Shown in pieces: positions 1 to 11,993 of a DNA stretch of 64,000 nt. Under the pieces are notes generated by a model, which saw only the letters and a program-made list of their open reading frames with translations, did not search any database and was not told the origin of the DNA. Both the position numbers and the translations under genes were made by a program. Numbering within the stretch: position 1 is the stretch's first letter; each line of letters begins with the position of its first letter. Origin of the DNA: the human T2T-CHM13v2.0 reference genome, Homo sapiens; assembly GCF_009914755.1 (NCBI RefSeq), contig NC_060945.1, one strand, 5' to 3'.

Positions 1-582
1 TACTTTAAAGCTATTGTAATCCAAACACCATGGGACTGACATAAAAATAAACATATCAACCAATGGAATGGGATAGAAATCCCAGAAACAAACCCAAGTG
101 TTTGTTGTCAATTTATTTCTGACAAAGGTGCCAAGAACAAATGATGGGAAAAGGACAGACTCTTCAATAATCAGTGTTGGGAAAACTCAATATCCATGTG
201 CAGAAAACTAAAATTGAACCCTCATCTTACATCATATGCAAAAATCAACTCAAAATGCATGGAAGACCTCGGCATAAGACCTGAAATGTGATACTGCTAG
301 AAGAAAGCATAGTGGAAAATCTCCATTACATTGGTCCAGGCAATTATTCCTTGAATAGGACCCCAAAAGCACACCTAACAAAATAAAACATAGACAAATG
401 AGATTGCATCAAACGAAAAAGCTGTACAGCCAAGGAGACAATCAACAGGATGAAGAAACAACCCATGGATTGGGAAAAAATATCTGCAAACCATATATTT
501 GATGAGGGACTACTACTCACAATAAGGAACTCAAACAACTCAGTAGCAAGAAAATAAATAACCCAATCTAAAAATGGACAAA

Positions 583-631
583 CAGCCTGGCAACAGAGCA
601 AGACCCTGGCTCAAAAAAAAAAAAAAAAAAA
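583..631 (+). mobile_element. Severely 5'-truncated Alu 3' end with A-tail
   Basis: cagcctggcaacagagcaagaccctggctc followed by a long A run. Confidence 0.75.
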
Positions 632-1515
632 CTACATAAATAAATAAAAATGGGCAAAAGACCTAAACAGACATTTCTCAAAAGAAGCCATTTAAATGGA
701 CAGCAGGTATATTTTTAAATGCTCAACATCACTAGTCATCAGGAAAATGCACATTGAAGATGCAATGAGACATCACCTCACACTTGTCAGAATGGTTCTT
801 ATCAAAAAGATGAAAGCGAACAAGTGTTAGGGAGGATGTAGAAAAGAGGGAGTCTTGTACATTGTTGGTGGGAATCTAAATTAGTACAACCACTACGGGA
901 AACAGTATAGCGGTTCCTCAAAAAACTAAAAATAGAACTTGCCTATGATCCACAAATCCCACTTCTGGTTTTATATCTAAAATAACTGAAATCATTCTTT
1001 TGGGGAGAGGTCTGCACTCCTATGTTCATTTCAGTCTTATTCACAATAGCCTAGGTATGGAATCGATCTCAGTTCATCAATTGATGAATGGATAAAGAAA
1101 GTGTGGCATATATACACAATGGAATACTATTCGGCCATGAAAAGGAGAAAAATTCTGTCATTTGTGACAACTTGAATGGACCTGGAGGACATTATGCTAA
1201 GCGAAATAAGCCAGGCACAGAAAGACAAATGGCATGATTTGTGTCTAGAATCTAAAACTGTCAAACTTAGAAACAGAGAGCAGAAAGGTGGTTACCAGAG
1301 GCCGGGGGCTGCCAGAGGAGAGGAATGGGGAAGGGAGATGTTGATCAAAGGAAACAACCTTTCCATCACACTGGAGGAAAAAGCTTTAGTGACCTACTGC
1401 ATTGCATGGTGACACATAAAAATAATGTGTTGCATACTTCAAAACTGGTAAAAGAATATACTTTTAATTTACCAGAAAAATGGTAAGTTGGTGAGATGAT
1501 GGTTATGTTAAGTAA

Positions 1516-1807
<292 letters not shown>

Positions 1808-1949
1808 TGATTTAATCTTTCTACAATGCATGCACAGGTCAAAACGTCACATTATAGATCAAAACATCACATTATACCTAGTAAATACACACAATTATTA
1901 TTTGTCAGTTTAAAAATTAGTAAATGAACAATGAATGAAATAAAAATAA

Positions 1950-2690
1950 TGAAGCTCTAGAAGCACATATAGGGGAATGTCTTCACGACGTTGTGGTAGG
2001 CAAAGACTTCGGGAACGGGGTAAAAATGCCACACATAAGAGAGTAAATTAGTAAATCGGATTTTACTACAATTAAGAGCGTCTCTTCATCAAATGATACT
2101 ATTAATACCACACATCCATAAACATGACTCAGATTGAAATAGATGACCAATACCGAGTGTCAGCAAATGTGTGCAGGAAATGGAACTCTCCAACATTTGC
2201 TGGGGTGGGAATGTGAAATGGAAAAATCCCTCTGCAAAACAGTTTGGCAGTGTCATAAACATGACACACACACCCCCTTCACATGCCCCACACACTCCAC
2301 CTCCTGTGTGTTTACCCAAGAGAAGTGAAATCATATCACAAAGACTTGCTCACAAATGTTTAAAGATGCTTTTGCCACACAAGTCATGTGTCCATCGACA
2401 CATGGGTCAATTGTACTATAGAATTTGATTTACATGAAATTCCAGGAAAGACAAACCTATTTGAGACACAGAGGAGATCAGTCGTTTCCTGGGGCAGAGT
2501 CAGGAGGGGTGGGGATTGATCATGAAAAGTACACCTGGGAACTCGGAGATGATGGAAAATCCAGATCTTGCTTGTGGTAGTGGTTACATGGGTGTATATT
2601 TTCTCAAAACTCATGAAAAGGTAACTTTAAATAGGTACCTTTTACAGCATGTAATCATACTTCAATAAAGCTGACTTTTTAAAAACTTCA
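1950..2690 (+). mobile_element. Old L1 (L1M) 3' fragment
   Basis: Degenerate L1 3'-end motifs ending in 'cttcaataaagctgac'. Confidence 0.6.
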
Positions 2691-2735
2691 TTTTTAAACC
2701 CCAGACTTGGATGGGTTATTTGCAATTCCCATACT

Positions 2736-2953
2736 CAGTGGTACACTAAAGCCAGCATGCCCTGGCTCATGAGAGCTGACATGCACCCCTCTCTTCCCAT
2801 CTCTGTGTTAAGTGACATTGTCTTGGTAGCTTGGATTTAGCTGGGTTGGGAGCATTCACACGTGGACGTTGGCAAATGCAACCAATTGGGACTTTTGTTT
2901 TTGTTTTCGTTACAAAAACAAAAGCCAGTTATTGAACGTTCACTGACACACTG
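2736..2953. mobile_element. hAT DNA transposon remnant (MER63-like)
   Basis: cagtggt... start, 'ttggtagcttgg...ggcaaatgca' core and '...cactgacacactg' end resemble MER63. Confidence 0.5.
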
Positions 2954-4519
2954 CATGTATACAACTCATATTCAGAATACATAATAAATTTCTGCAAATC
3001 AATAAGAAACACAAGTAGCCATATTTTAGAAAGCAAGCAAATGTCTTGAACAGGCACCTCACAAGAAAAGATATCCAAGGTTCAATGAGTGGCTTTACTC
3101 ATCCGGGATATGCACATTAGTGCAACAGTGCAATATTCCTAAACACTTTCCAAAATAAACAAATTTTAAAAGACTGATCAACCTCATTTTGTAAAGATAC
3201 AGAATAAATGGAATTATAAAATCAACTAGTGAGGATGTAAATTTCTTTAGAAAGTTGTTGGTATATGCTAAGCCAACATATGCCTATCTATGACCAAGCA
3301 ATTCCACTTTTGGGAGCACAATGAAGAGAAATTAGTAAAAATATCAGTGAAAAAGTTTACAAGAATTTTTCTAGGAGCACTATTAACAGCAGCCAAAATC
3401 TGGAAACAATCTAAATCTCTAACACTGTGAAAGAGAATGGACAAATAACACGTTGTAGAATTTAATGCAATGGGGCAGCAAAAAAAGAGTGAAGTACTGA
3501 TGCATGCAGCAACATGGTGCTTCTCACAGACATTGTGCTGAACAAATTGAACCATAAAACAAAAGAGTTCCATAGAACACGCAAAGCTAACCAATGAGGA
3601 GAGAAGGTAGAACAGCAACTAATACTTAGGGAGGAGGGACTAACAAAGAGATAGCATAAGGGATCATTTAGGACTCTGGTAATGTTCCACATCTTCCCCA
3701 AAATAGTCTAAGGGGAAATATTTCCACCCAGAAATTATATCCAGCTAAGCTATCAATCAAATGGAAGAGCAGAATAAAGGCATTTTTAGTCATGCTATGG
3801 CTCAAAAATATATCTTCCTTGTACCCATTTTCAGAAAGTTACTGGAGGATGTGCTCCACCAAAACAAGGATATAAATCCAGAAAGAAAAAGACAAGGCAT
3901 CCAGGAAGTAATGGATCCAACATCAGAGAGAGATGAATGAAAATCCAAAGACAAGAGTGAAGGGAGATCCCAGGAAACCTGTGTACCAGGCTGAGGGAGC
4001 AGCCAATAGAGACTGGTCCACACATAAGACAGCTCTAAGAGAGATGTTTCCAAAAAATAAATGAAGCTAATAGATTGTTATATTTGAACCTCTTGAGTGG
4101 AGCATGGGGATGAATGAGTCAGAGTTTGGGGAGGAGCAATTGTTAACTCCAAGAGGGGAAAAACATAAACAAAAACAAAACATGTACAGATAAGGAAATT
4201 TAATCTGGTTCCACTATTCAGACTTGGCTATGAACAATATTTACTTTATTATAATATACATTCTGAACACTGATGTAACCAAATATTGATATTTTACTTC
4301 CTTTGCCTTCTGAGGATGGGAAGGGGGAACTTTTCACGGGCCTGGTGATAAACTAGAGAAAGTACTTTCCTCCACAATAGGAAATCAGATCATACCTGAA
4401 ATTGAAAATGCAAGAAATAACAGAGCATGTATATTGTTTAATAATTCTGAGACAAACAGGAGAACTAAGAAGAGCATCTGGGATGGGCCTTGGGAGGGAT
4501 GCATGCCAGAGAGAGGGGG

Positions 4520-5649
4520 GTGTTAAAGGCATTCAGTTTTATAATGAAAGCAGAGCATAAAAGTTTGAAAAATTTGTAGCCTGACTATGCAATAGAAAAG
4601 AAAAACCCATTTTCTAGGGAGAAATTCAAGCCGGATGCAGAAATTTGCATAAGTAGCAAGGAGCCTATTGTTAATCCCCAAGACCATGGGGAAAATATCT
4701 CCAGGCCATGTCAGAGACCTTCATGGCAGCCCCTCCCATCAGAGGCCTGGAGGCCTGGGAGGAAAAAGTGGTTTCGTGGGTCCAGGGTCCCCATGCTGTA
4801 TGCAGCCTGGGTGAAAGGAGCCAATGTACAGCTCAGACTGTGGCTTCAGAGGGTGGAAGCCCCAAGCCTTGGCAGCTTCCATGTTGCGTTGAGCCTGCAG
4901 GTGCACAGAAGTCAAGAATTGAAGTTTGGGAACCTCCGCCTAGATTTCAGAAGATATATGGAAACGCATGGATGCCCAGGCAGAAGTTTGCTGCAGGGGT
5001 GGGGCCCTCATGGAGAACCTCTGCTACGGCAGTGCAGAAGGGAAATGTAGGGCCAGGGCCCCCACACAGAGTCCCTACTGGGGCACTGCCTAGTGGAGCT
5101 GTGATAAGAGGGCCACCATCCTCCAGACCCCAGAATGGTAGATCTATTGACACCTTGCACCATGTGCCTGGAAAAGCTGCTGACACTCAACACCAGCCCA
5201 TGAAAGCAGCCAGGAGGGAGGCTGTACCCTGCAAAGCCACAGGGGTGGAGCTGTCCGAGACCATGGGAACCCACCTCTTGCATCATTATGACCTGGATGT
5301 GAGACCTGGAGTCAAACGAGATCATTTTGGAGCTTTAAAATTTGACTCCCCTGCTGGATTTTGGACTTGCATGGGCCCTGTAAAATCCCTTTGTTTTGGC
5401 CAATTTCTGCCATTTGGAATGGCTGTATTTACCCAATACCTGTACCCCTATTTTATCTAGGAAGAAACTAGCTTGTTTTTGATTTTACAGGCTCATAGGT
5501 GGAAGAGACTTGTCTTGTCTCAGATGAAACTTTGGACTGTGGACTTTTGGGTTAATGCTGAAATGAGTTAAGACTTTGGGGGACTGTTGGGAAGGCATGA
5601 CTGGTTTTGAAATGTGAAGACATAAGATTTGGAAGGGCCAGGGACAGAA
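4520..5649 (+). mobile_element. THE1 MaLR internal sequence (includes the 4708-5460 ORF remnant)
   Basis: Typical THE1-int text 'gcttcagagggtggaagccccaagccttggcagcttcca', contiguous with the LTR at 5650. Confidence 0.88.
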
Positions 5650-6004
5650 TGATATGGTTTGGCTGTGTCCTTACCCAAATCTCGACTTGAATTTCATCTC
5701 CCAGCATTCCTACATGTTGTGGGAGGAACCCAGGGGGAGATAATTGAATCATGGGGGCCGGTCTTTTCCTGTGCTATTCTAGTGGTAGTGAATAAGTCTC
5801 ACAAGATCTGATGGGTTTATCAGGGGCTTCTGCTTTTGCTTCTTCCTCATTTTCTCTTGCTGCCACCATGTAAGAAGTGCCTGTCAGCTCCCACCAAGAT
5901 TCTGCGGCCTCCCCAGCCATGTGGAACTGTAAGTCCAATTAAAGCCCTTTTTCTTCTCAGTCTTGGGTATGTCTCTATCAGCAGTGTGAAAATGGACTAA
6001 TACA
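5650..6004 (+). mobile_element. THE1 (THE1A-like) 3' LTR
   Basis: Starts tgatatggtttggctgtgtcc and ends ggactaataca. Confidence 0.9.
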
Positions 6005-6470
6005 GGGGCATCGCACCATAGTTTGCAGATGGAACAGGTAGGGGTGGCAGGGTGGGGAGCCAGGGGGCATTCCTAGCCGAGACACCCATTGTTCAATGGA
6101 GCAGAACTCTGGGACAGGTGGAGAACATCTGCTGGTAAAAAAACACCCCACCCCTGGTACCAAATACCCCAATAGCAAAGACATACAGGCAAAGACAGGA
6201 GGAAAGTGGGGCTGGGTTTTCCAGACTTGCCAACTCACGATCTGTTCAACTCCCAGCTCCACCAGCAGACACGCAGCATCACTGTGTGTGGTTGCAGGGC
6301 ACAGACACCTGCAAGTGGTCAGCATCACCCAACCACATGCAGCAGTCCTGGGACCACAGTAACATCCCACAGCAAGTAAACTAATTAGGGTTGCCTGGAG
6401 GCAAAGTCTCAGCCACAACAAGGAAAGGGAAGGCTTGTGAGACTCCTGTGAGGAAAATACCCAGGGAGGG

Positions 6471-6476
6471 TATAAA
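6471..6476 (+). promoter_or_regulatory. TATA box of KRTAP10-8
   Basis: gggTATAAAa 78 bp upstream of the ATG; equivalent position in paralogs. Confidence 0.85.
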
Positions 6477-6548
6477 ACCTCAGCAGCCAGGGCACACAAA
6501 CCCACACACCTCACACCAGCACTCACACCACCCAGTCCAGCACCCACC

Positions 6549-7328
6549 ATGGCTGACGCCTGCTGCACCAGGACGTATGTGATTGCTGCATCCACCATGT
6601 CTGTCTGCTCCAGTGACGTGGGCCGTGTCAGCCGAGTCTCCTCCCCCAGCACCTGCACTGGCTCCTCCTGGCAGGTGGACAATTGCCAGGAAAGCTGCTG
6701 CGAGCCCCGCTCCTGTGCCTCCAGCTGCTGTACCCCTAGCTGCTGTGCCCCAGCCCCCTGCCTGGCCCTGGTCTGTGCCCCAGTGAGCTGTGAGCCCAGC
6801 CCCTGCCAATCAGGCTGCACCGACTCCTGCACACCTTCATGCTGCCAGCAGTCTAGCTGCCAGCCGGCTTGCTGCACCTCCTCCCCCTGCCAACAGGCCT
6901 GCTGTGTGCCTGTGTGCTGCAAGTCCAACTGCTGCAAGCCCGTGTGCTGCGTGTCCATCTGCTCTGGAGCTTCCTCCCCATGCTGCCAGCAGTCTAGCTG
7001 CCAGTCAGCTTGCTGCACCTTCTCCCCATGCCAACAGGCCTGCTGTGTGCCCATCTGCTGCAAGCCCATCTGCTGTGTGCCTGTCTGCTCTGGGGCTTCC
7101 TCTCTGTGCTGCCAGAAGTCTAGCTGCCAGCCGGCTTGCTGCACCACCTCCTGCTGCAGACCCTCCTCCTCCGTGTCCCTCCTCTGCCGCCCTGTGTGCC
7201 GGCCTGCCTGCTGTGTGCCTGTCCCCTCCTGTTGTGTCCCTGCCTCCTCCTGCCAGCCCAGCTGCTGCCACCCGGCCTCCTGCCTGTCCTTCCTCTGCCG
7301 CCCCGCGTGCTCCCGCCTGGCCTGCTGA
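6549..7328 (+). CDS. KRTAP10-8: Keratin-associated protein 10-8 (259 aa, single exon)
   Basis: Cys-rich CCxPx/CQQSS repeats; distinctive N-terminus MADACCTRTYVIAASTMSVCSS; Kozak ccaccATGG; flanking TATA and AATAAA; length and gene order match recall. Confidence 0.95.
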   Translation: MADACCTRTYVIAASTMSVCSSDVGRVSRVSSPSTCTGSSWQVDNCQESCCEPRSCASSCCTPSCCAPAPCLALVCAPVSCEPSPCQSGCTDSCTPSCCQQSSCQPACCTSSPCQQACCVPVCCKSNCCKPVCCVSICSGASSPCCQQSSCQSACCTFSPCQQACCVPICCKPICCVPVCSGASSLCCQKSSCQPACCTTSCCRPSSSVSLLCRPVCRPACCVPVPSCCVPASSCQPSCCHPASCLSFLCRPACSRLAC

Positions 7329-7627
7329 GGCCTCTGCTCAGGCCAGGAGTCCAGCTGCTGATGGGCACGTCCCCCAGGGCCAGCCGGCTCCGGTCCTGTC
7401 CTGGGTTAAGTGGCTGCCCCTACCTGGGATGGGGTCTCCATGTCTCCCCTGTGCTGAGGTGACCTCTCCCTCCTTACTCCCAGGAGCCTCCATCCTCACT
7501 GCTCCCCAGCTCTTGCCTTCCAGCAGGTGCCCACCTGCCTGCTGGGTCCCCTGTCCTCCCTCCCAGCTTCTCTGCTCTGGGTCACTTGGCCTCGACTTGA
7601 ACCTCTCAGCACCTCCTCCTACTCCCC

Positions 7628-7633
7628 AATAAA
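7628..7633 (+). terminator. Polyadenylation signal of KRTAP10-8
   Basis: AATAAA 300 bp after the stop, followed by a T/GT-rich tract. Confidence 0.8.
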
Positions 7634-8112
7634 CTCTCCTTGGTCACCTGATTCTCTTTTCCTGTTGTTCTCCTGGGAGGACACACGGTTTTGAGCTGAC
7701 ATTGGTCTCCTCCAGCCATGACCGTTTCTAGGAGTGAGTTACTTAACCTAGAAGTCACAAGGGACAGTGGCCTAACTCCTCCAGGGGGTCACCAGGTGGG
7801 ACTCACGGTCACTCCCAGGAAGGCTCAGTCCCGGCTCAGCCCCTGTGACCGGGTCTTCCTGAGCCTGGTCATTCGCTGTAGTGCCCTGGGCTGTGGGGCT
7901 CTCCAGGCCCCAGGACCAACCCACCCACTGTCCCACCTGGGAGAGCCCACCCTACAGAGTCACCTGCCGGGAAGCTGGCCTGGGTTCCGGGCACTGCAGC
8001 CTCCAGGCCTGGTCACCCTCCCTGTGTGCCGCCCGCCCGAGGGTTCTGCTCGCTTAGCAGCAATGCGAGGGGAGAGGGAGGGGCTGCTGCACCTGCGCAG
8101 GAGACAAGGGAC

Positions 8113-8222
8113 TCGATGGGAACAAAAGCATCATGGAGTGGGTGGAGGGACACACAGGATTCCCCCAGGATCTTGATGGAGACAAAAGCATCATGGGGTG
8201 GGTGGAGGGATGGGATGGGGGG
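8113..8222. repeat. 60-bp-period partial tandem duplication ending in a G-quadruplex-capable tract
   Basis: 'acaaaagcatcatgg(a/g)gtgggtggaggga' occurs twice, 60 bp apart; the second copy runs into ggggtgggtggagggatgggatgggggg. Confidence 0.75.
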
Positions 8223-11200
8223 ATGCTTGCTGCCGACTGGGACATTCCCCAAGGCCCGCCGCCCCTGCCCCTGAAATGTGTGTCCTTCACGTCGTTTAGG
8301 TGCGCGACTTATGATTTTCAAGGCTTGTCCCTAATCTCTCCCAGGCCAGGCCTGGCCAGGTTCTTCAAGGCCCTGTGGCTCTGCCGCCCCGACCGGGGTC
8401 AGGGGTCCACACGGCTCCAGCTCAGGCCTCTCCTCCTCCCACCCTGCCCAGCGGCATAGGGACTGCCCCTGCTCTGCTGGGCTTGCCCATCCTGCCGTAG
8501 GTCCCTCACCTGATGACGCCATGAGCTCCTGCTCTGGTGTCTGTCGGGGTGTCTGGTGTCTGTCTCTGGGGACCTCAGCTCCCCCATCTTGCTCTGTCCA
8601 CAGCATCAAGCCCCCCGCCCACTGCTTTGACCATTCACGATCTGTGACGCCAGCGTCACTCTCCCCCTCTACACCCATTCAAGCACAGCACACGGTCTGA
8701 GCTGGGGATGGCCGTCCCCACTGACGTCAGGCAGCCCTAAGTTGGCCTGTGCCGTGCACTTTGCATCACCAGCATGGGGACAGCGCCCAGAGACACGACC
8801 AGTAGTCACTGTGGCTGGAGGGAGCCCGGCTCCACAAGAGGCACCGTCCCCAGGGGGCTGTCAGGGTGGGCTCCCTTGCAGACAGGGAGTCCAAGAAACC
8901 TCTGCCATTCGTGAGTGACCAATCCCAGGGCCCAGGCGAGGGTGGAACAGAGTCCCTGGTCTGCCCTTCTCTCCTCCCAGTTCCAGGCTCGGTTCCTGGC
9001 AGGGCCGTGTGGCCGGGCTCCGGAACGTTCCTACTGGCCCCTCTCCCCTCTGACGGGGCCTGCCTGGGGGTGTTGGGCTGGGGGGACCATCACCAGCAGA
9101 CAGATGAATGCATGACAGACTTCTCCAATGAGACACACAGAGCAAGAGTTCAAGAAGACTCTGATGTGCTTGACTCCATAAGCAGACAGTAACCTCTCTA
9201 TGCCACAAGACGACAGCAGAAAACCAGTGAAAAAGGAAGCCACGGTGTGTGAGAAGACACTCGACCGAGAAGATTTCAATGAGACAAAAGCATAAACTCC
9301 CAGGAGGAAATAGGCATGGACAGGCTACTCCCACCCAGCGGCCCAAATGGCCTTGGAACATGAGACATCGGCACCCCTGGAAGGCAGGCACCTGCCGACA
9401 GGAACCCCAGGCACCTCACCCCACCTGTCCTGGAAGAAAAAGCTGGACACACCCATCGCTCACCGGACGTGGCAGGCAGGAGCTCCAGCTGGCTGTGGAA
9501 ATGGGGGATTGGCACCACTGCTTTGGGAAGAGGCGGGGCCGTATCCTACCATGTGAGAGGCCCTCCTGGACTCCGCCATGGGCAGTGCTGAAAAATCTCC
9601 GGCGCATGTACGTAAGCGGCACTGTTTGTTACCATGAAAAATTAGAAACAACCTAAATATCCATCCACGAGGGAATGGAGGCGAATGGAGCCAGCGCCGC
9701 ACCACGGGGAGGCCCTGCACGAGGGCCGTGCGCTCACCCGACCCGCACACACGCAGGAGCGCGAGTGCCCAGGCTGCGGAAGAGAGTCCAGGCCGCACAG
9801 GTGCCAAGCGAGGCAGCGCTCTCTGGCCTGGGGACACGCTGTAGCAGTTTGTGTAAATAAGTGGATGGGATCCCACCTCTCAGCGGATTTTCCAGAGAAA
9901 TAGCTGGGGGATTAAAGACATTTTTACCATGGAATTAATGACAGCGGGGATCTCACCACCCAGCTTAACCAGATGTCATTAATTCCATAACCAAAGGTTT
10001 TTTTTTTTTTTTTTTTAATTTATTCTGGTTTTTTGGAACCATTTGAAATTCAGTGCTGTAGCCACATGGCGGCACCTCCCCCGGGTCTCTCTGCAGGTGC
10101 CTCCTGGAAGTGAGGGCTTTCTCCCGCCTGCCCACAGCGAGTGCAGCTGAAGATGGCCAACTTCTATATATATATAGTTATCAAAAGAAGCAGAACATCA
10201 TGCAACAGTCGTATCCAAATTTCCCAAAAAGCTCCCCAAATTGGAATCAGATAGGTCTGTGCACTGCCCTGGTGACCCTGACGTTCTCGTCTCATTTAAC
10301 CCAGGAGCGTCCTCCCGGGACCAGACCCTGAGCATTCTGGACACTGCTGGGAGGTCTTCATCAAGGAAAACACGCCCATGAGACAACTACTTCAGGCGGG
10401 GCCGCCAGGGACGCCAAAGCCACTGTCAGGAGGTGCTTGAGCAACAGGGTGTCCCCACAGTGCCACATCCCCCAGCGGAGGCCACACAGAGAAGACCACC
10501 CCATCGCCACAGACAGAGGTCGGCAGCACCTGGGCAGAGTGCAGCGTGTCGGCGGGCACCTCCCAGCGGGGCTTCCTATGTGTCACTGCACACATGCTTA
10601 GGCTCTCAGCCCGAGGCCACATCTGTTCGATGCAGGCAAAGGCAGCTGCCCCAGATCCCTGCCAGGGTCACCTCTGCTCTAACAACATGACAGCAGGGAA
10701 CAAACCCCAGGGGAGGTGGACGCTCTCACGGTGCCCTTTTGTCTCTAAAGCGGGGAGAGATCTTACAATTCTTCTTTTTCTCTGCCAGGATGTTGCCTTG
10801 GGGGTGGGCACCTCCCTTCTCCACCCCACACCACCTTCCACACAACCACAGACACAAGGCTGGGGCACTGGCCCAAATGTCACAGGTGTGCAGCCACAGG
10901 GCTCTTACCTTTCACAGCCTGTCAGCCCCCGACCCTGGTTCCCCAGTCCCTCACCATGCTGCCTGGCCCTGCCTCCTCCTCCTCCCTGCCAGGTGCCTTC
11001 CAGAGCTTCACAGCCTCCTTCTCCACCTCCCACAACTCCAGTCCCTCTTCTCAGATCAGTGGGGCAAGCCTGGCTTTGTTTACCTGGAACCCGAGACCCT
11101 GCCCTGGTCAGCACCCAATTCGAGAGCTCTGCTCAGCAGTGAGAATGAGACACCGTGACAATGCGGCTGTGCACCGGACACCTGGCTCAGCGCAGGCAGC

Positions 11201-11419
11201 GCACGGACAGAGTCTGCGGTGTGACCACACCAAGCAGCCCTAAGGCAGCACGTGCCCGCACAAGCCTCAGCCTCTGCTCCGGTCACGCCTGCCCACTTGG
11301 GTGTATTTTTTGTCTGACTTTTGCTTCTGGGGCCGAACAACCCAGCGAATTCAACACAGCCCCAAGGCTGGGCTAAAAGTTCCTGGGAGGAACACGCGCC
11401 ACAGCCTAGACACCCACCA

Positions 11420-11993
11420 GGAAAAGCAACCAGGAAAGGAGGGTGCAGTGGGGAACCCTGCTAGAAAACACACATGGGGGGTCTCTAAAACCCCAAGGGC
11501 CCCAAGCACCTCACTCACTCACCCACTCACTCACCTCACTCACCCACTCATGCCTCCCCCAGCTCACCTCCTCCACACCCCCAGCATGGCCACGTCCACC
11601 ATGTTCATCTCCTCTAGCACTTGCACTGACTCCTGGCAGGTGGCAGAGGCCCCAGCTGTGCTGGGAGGTGGGACATGGGGGGACACTTGGGCTCCAGCTG
11701 TCCCAGCGCTCAGGGAGTTCTACTCAGGGACAGCTTGGGCATCCTGGCCTCCTGTGCATGCTCACAGATGCTCAGGGGCGCCCTCTGCTCCAGCCCCAGG
11801 CTTGCCGCTGGGATGCAGAACAGAGAACAGACACACGGCCTCTGGAATTCCCTGTGCTGGGCTGGGTGGGCGGAGGGCCCCAATGGCAGAGGAAGTCCAG
11901 GACAGCGTGGGGACACATGCAGACCAGAGGGTGAGAGAAACACATGGACACACAGGTCCAGTTGTAGCCAGATGTGGTTTCAAACAGGATTGA
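11420..11993 (+). pseudogene. Internally deleted KRTAP10 paralog: promoter, 5' UTR and first 19 codons fused to former 3' flank (open 135-aa ORF 11586-11993)
   Basis: (CACT)n leader, 'cccccagctcacctcctc...ccagcATGGcc' and MATSTMFISSSTCTDSWQV match KRTAP10 N-termini; 11640-11930 matches the KRTAP10-9 downstream flank at 23143-23470. Confidence 0.85.

Noticed and set aside
4708-5460. 250-aa ORF
   Set aside because: Lies wholly within THE1 internal sequence; it is a remnant of the MaLR internal ORF with no evidence of a host gene.
5978-7147. 389-aa antisense Gln-rich ORF over KRTAP10-8 (similar ORFs lie opposite the other KAP genes)
   Set aside because: Reverse complements of TGC/TGT/CAG-rich repeats lack stop codons, so such shadow ORFs are expected; no promoter or polyA support.
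7326-7328. In-frame TGA at a likely Cys position as possible selenocysteine
   Set aside because: No SECIS-like element recognised in the 3' UTR and KAPs are not known selenoproteins; a nonsense mutation is simpler.
11301-11585. N-terminal 95 codons of the 230-aa ORF in the track
   Set aside because: Starts at a non-ATG codon upstream of the promoter-equivalent region; the credible start is the Kozak ATG at 11586.
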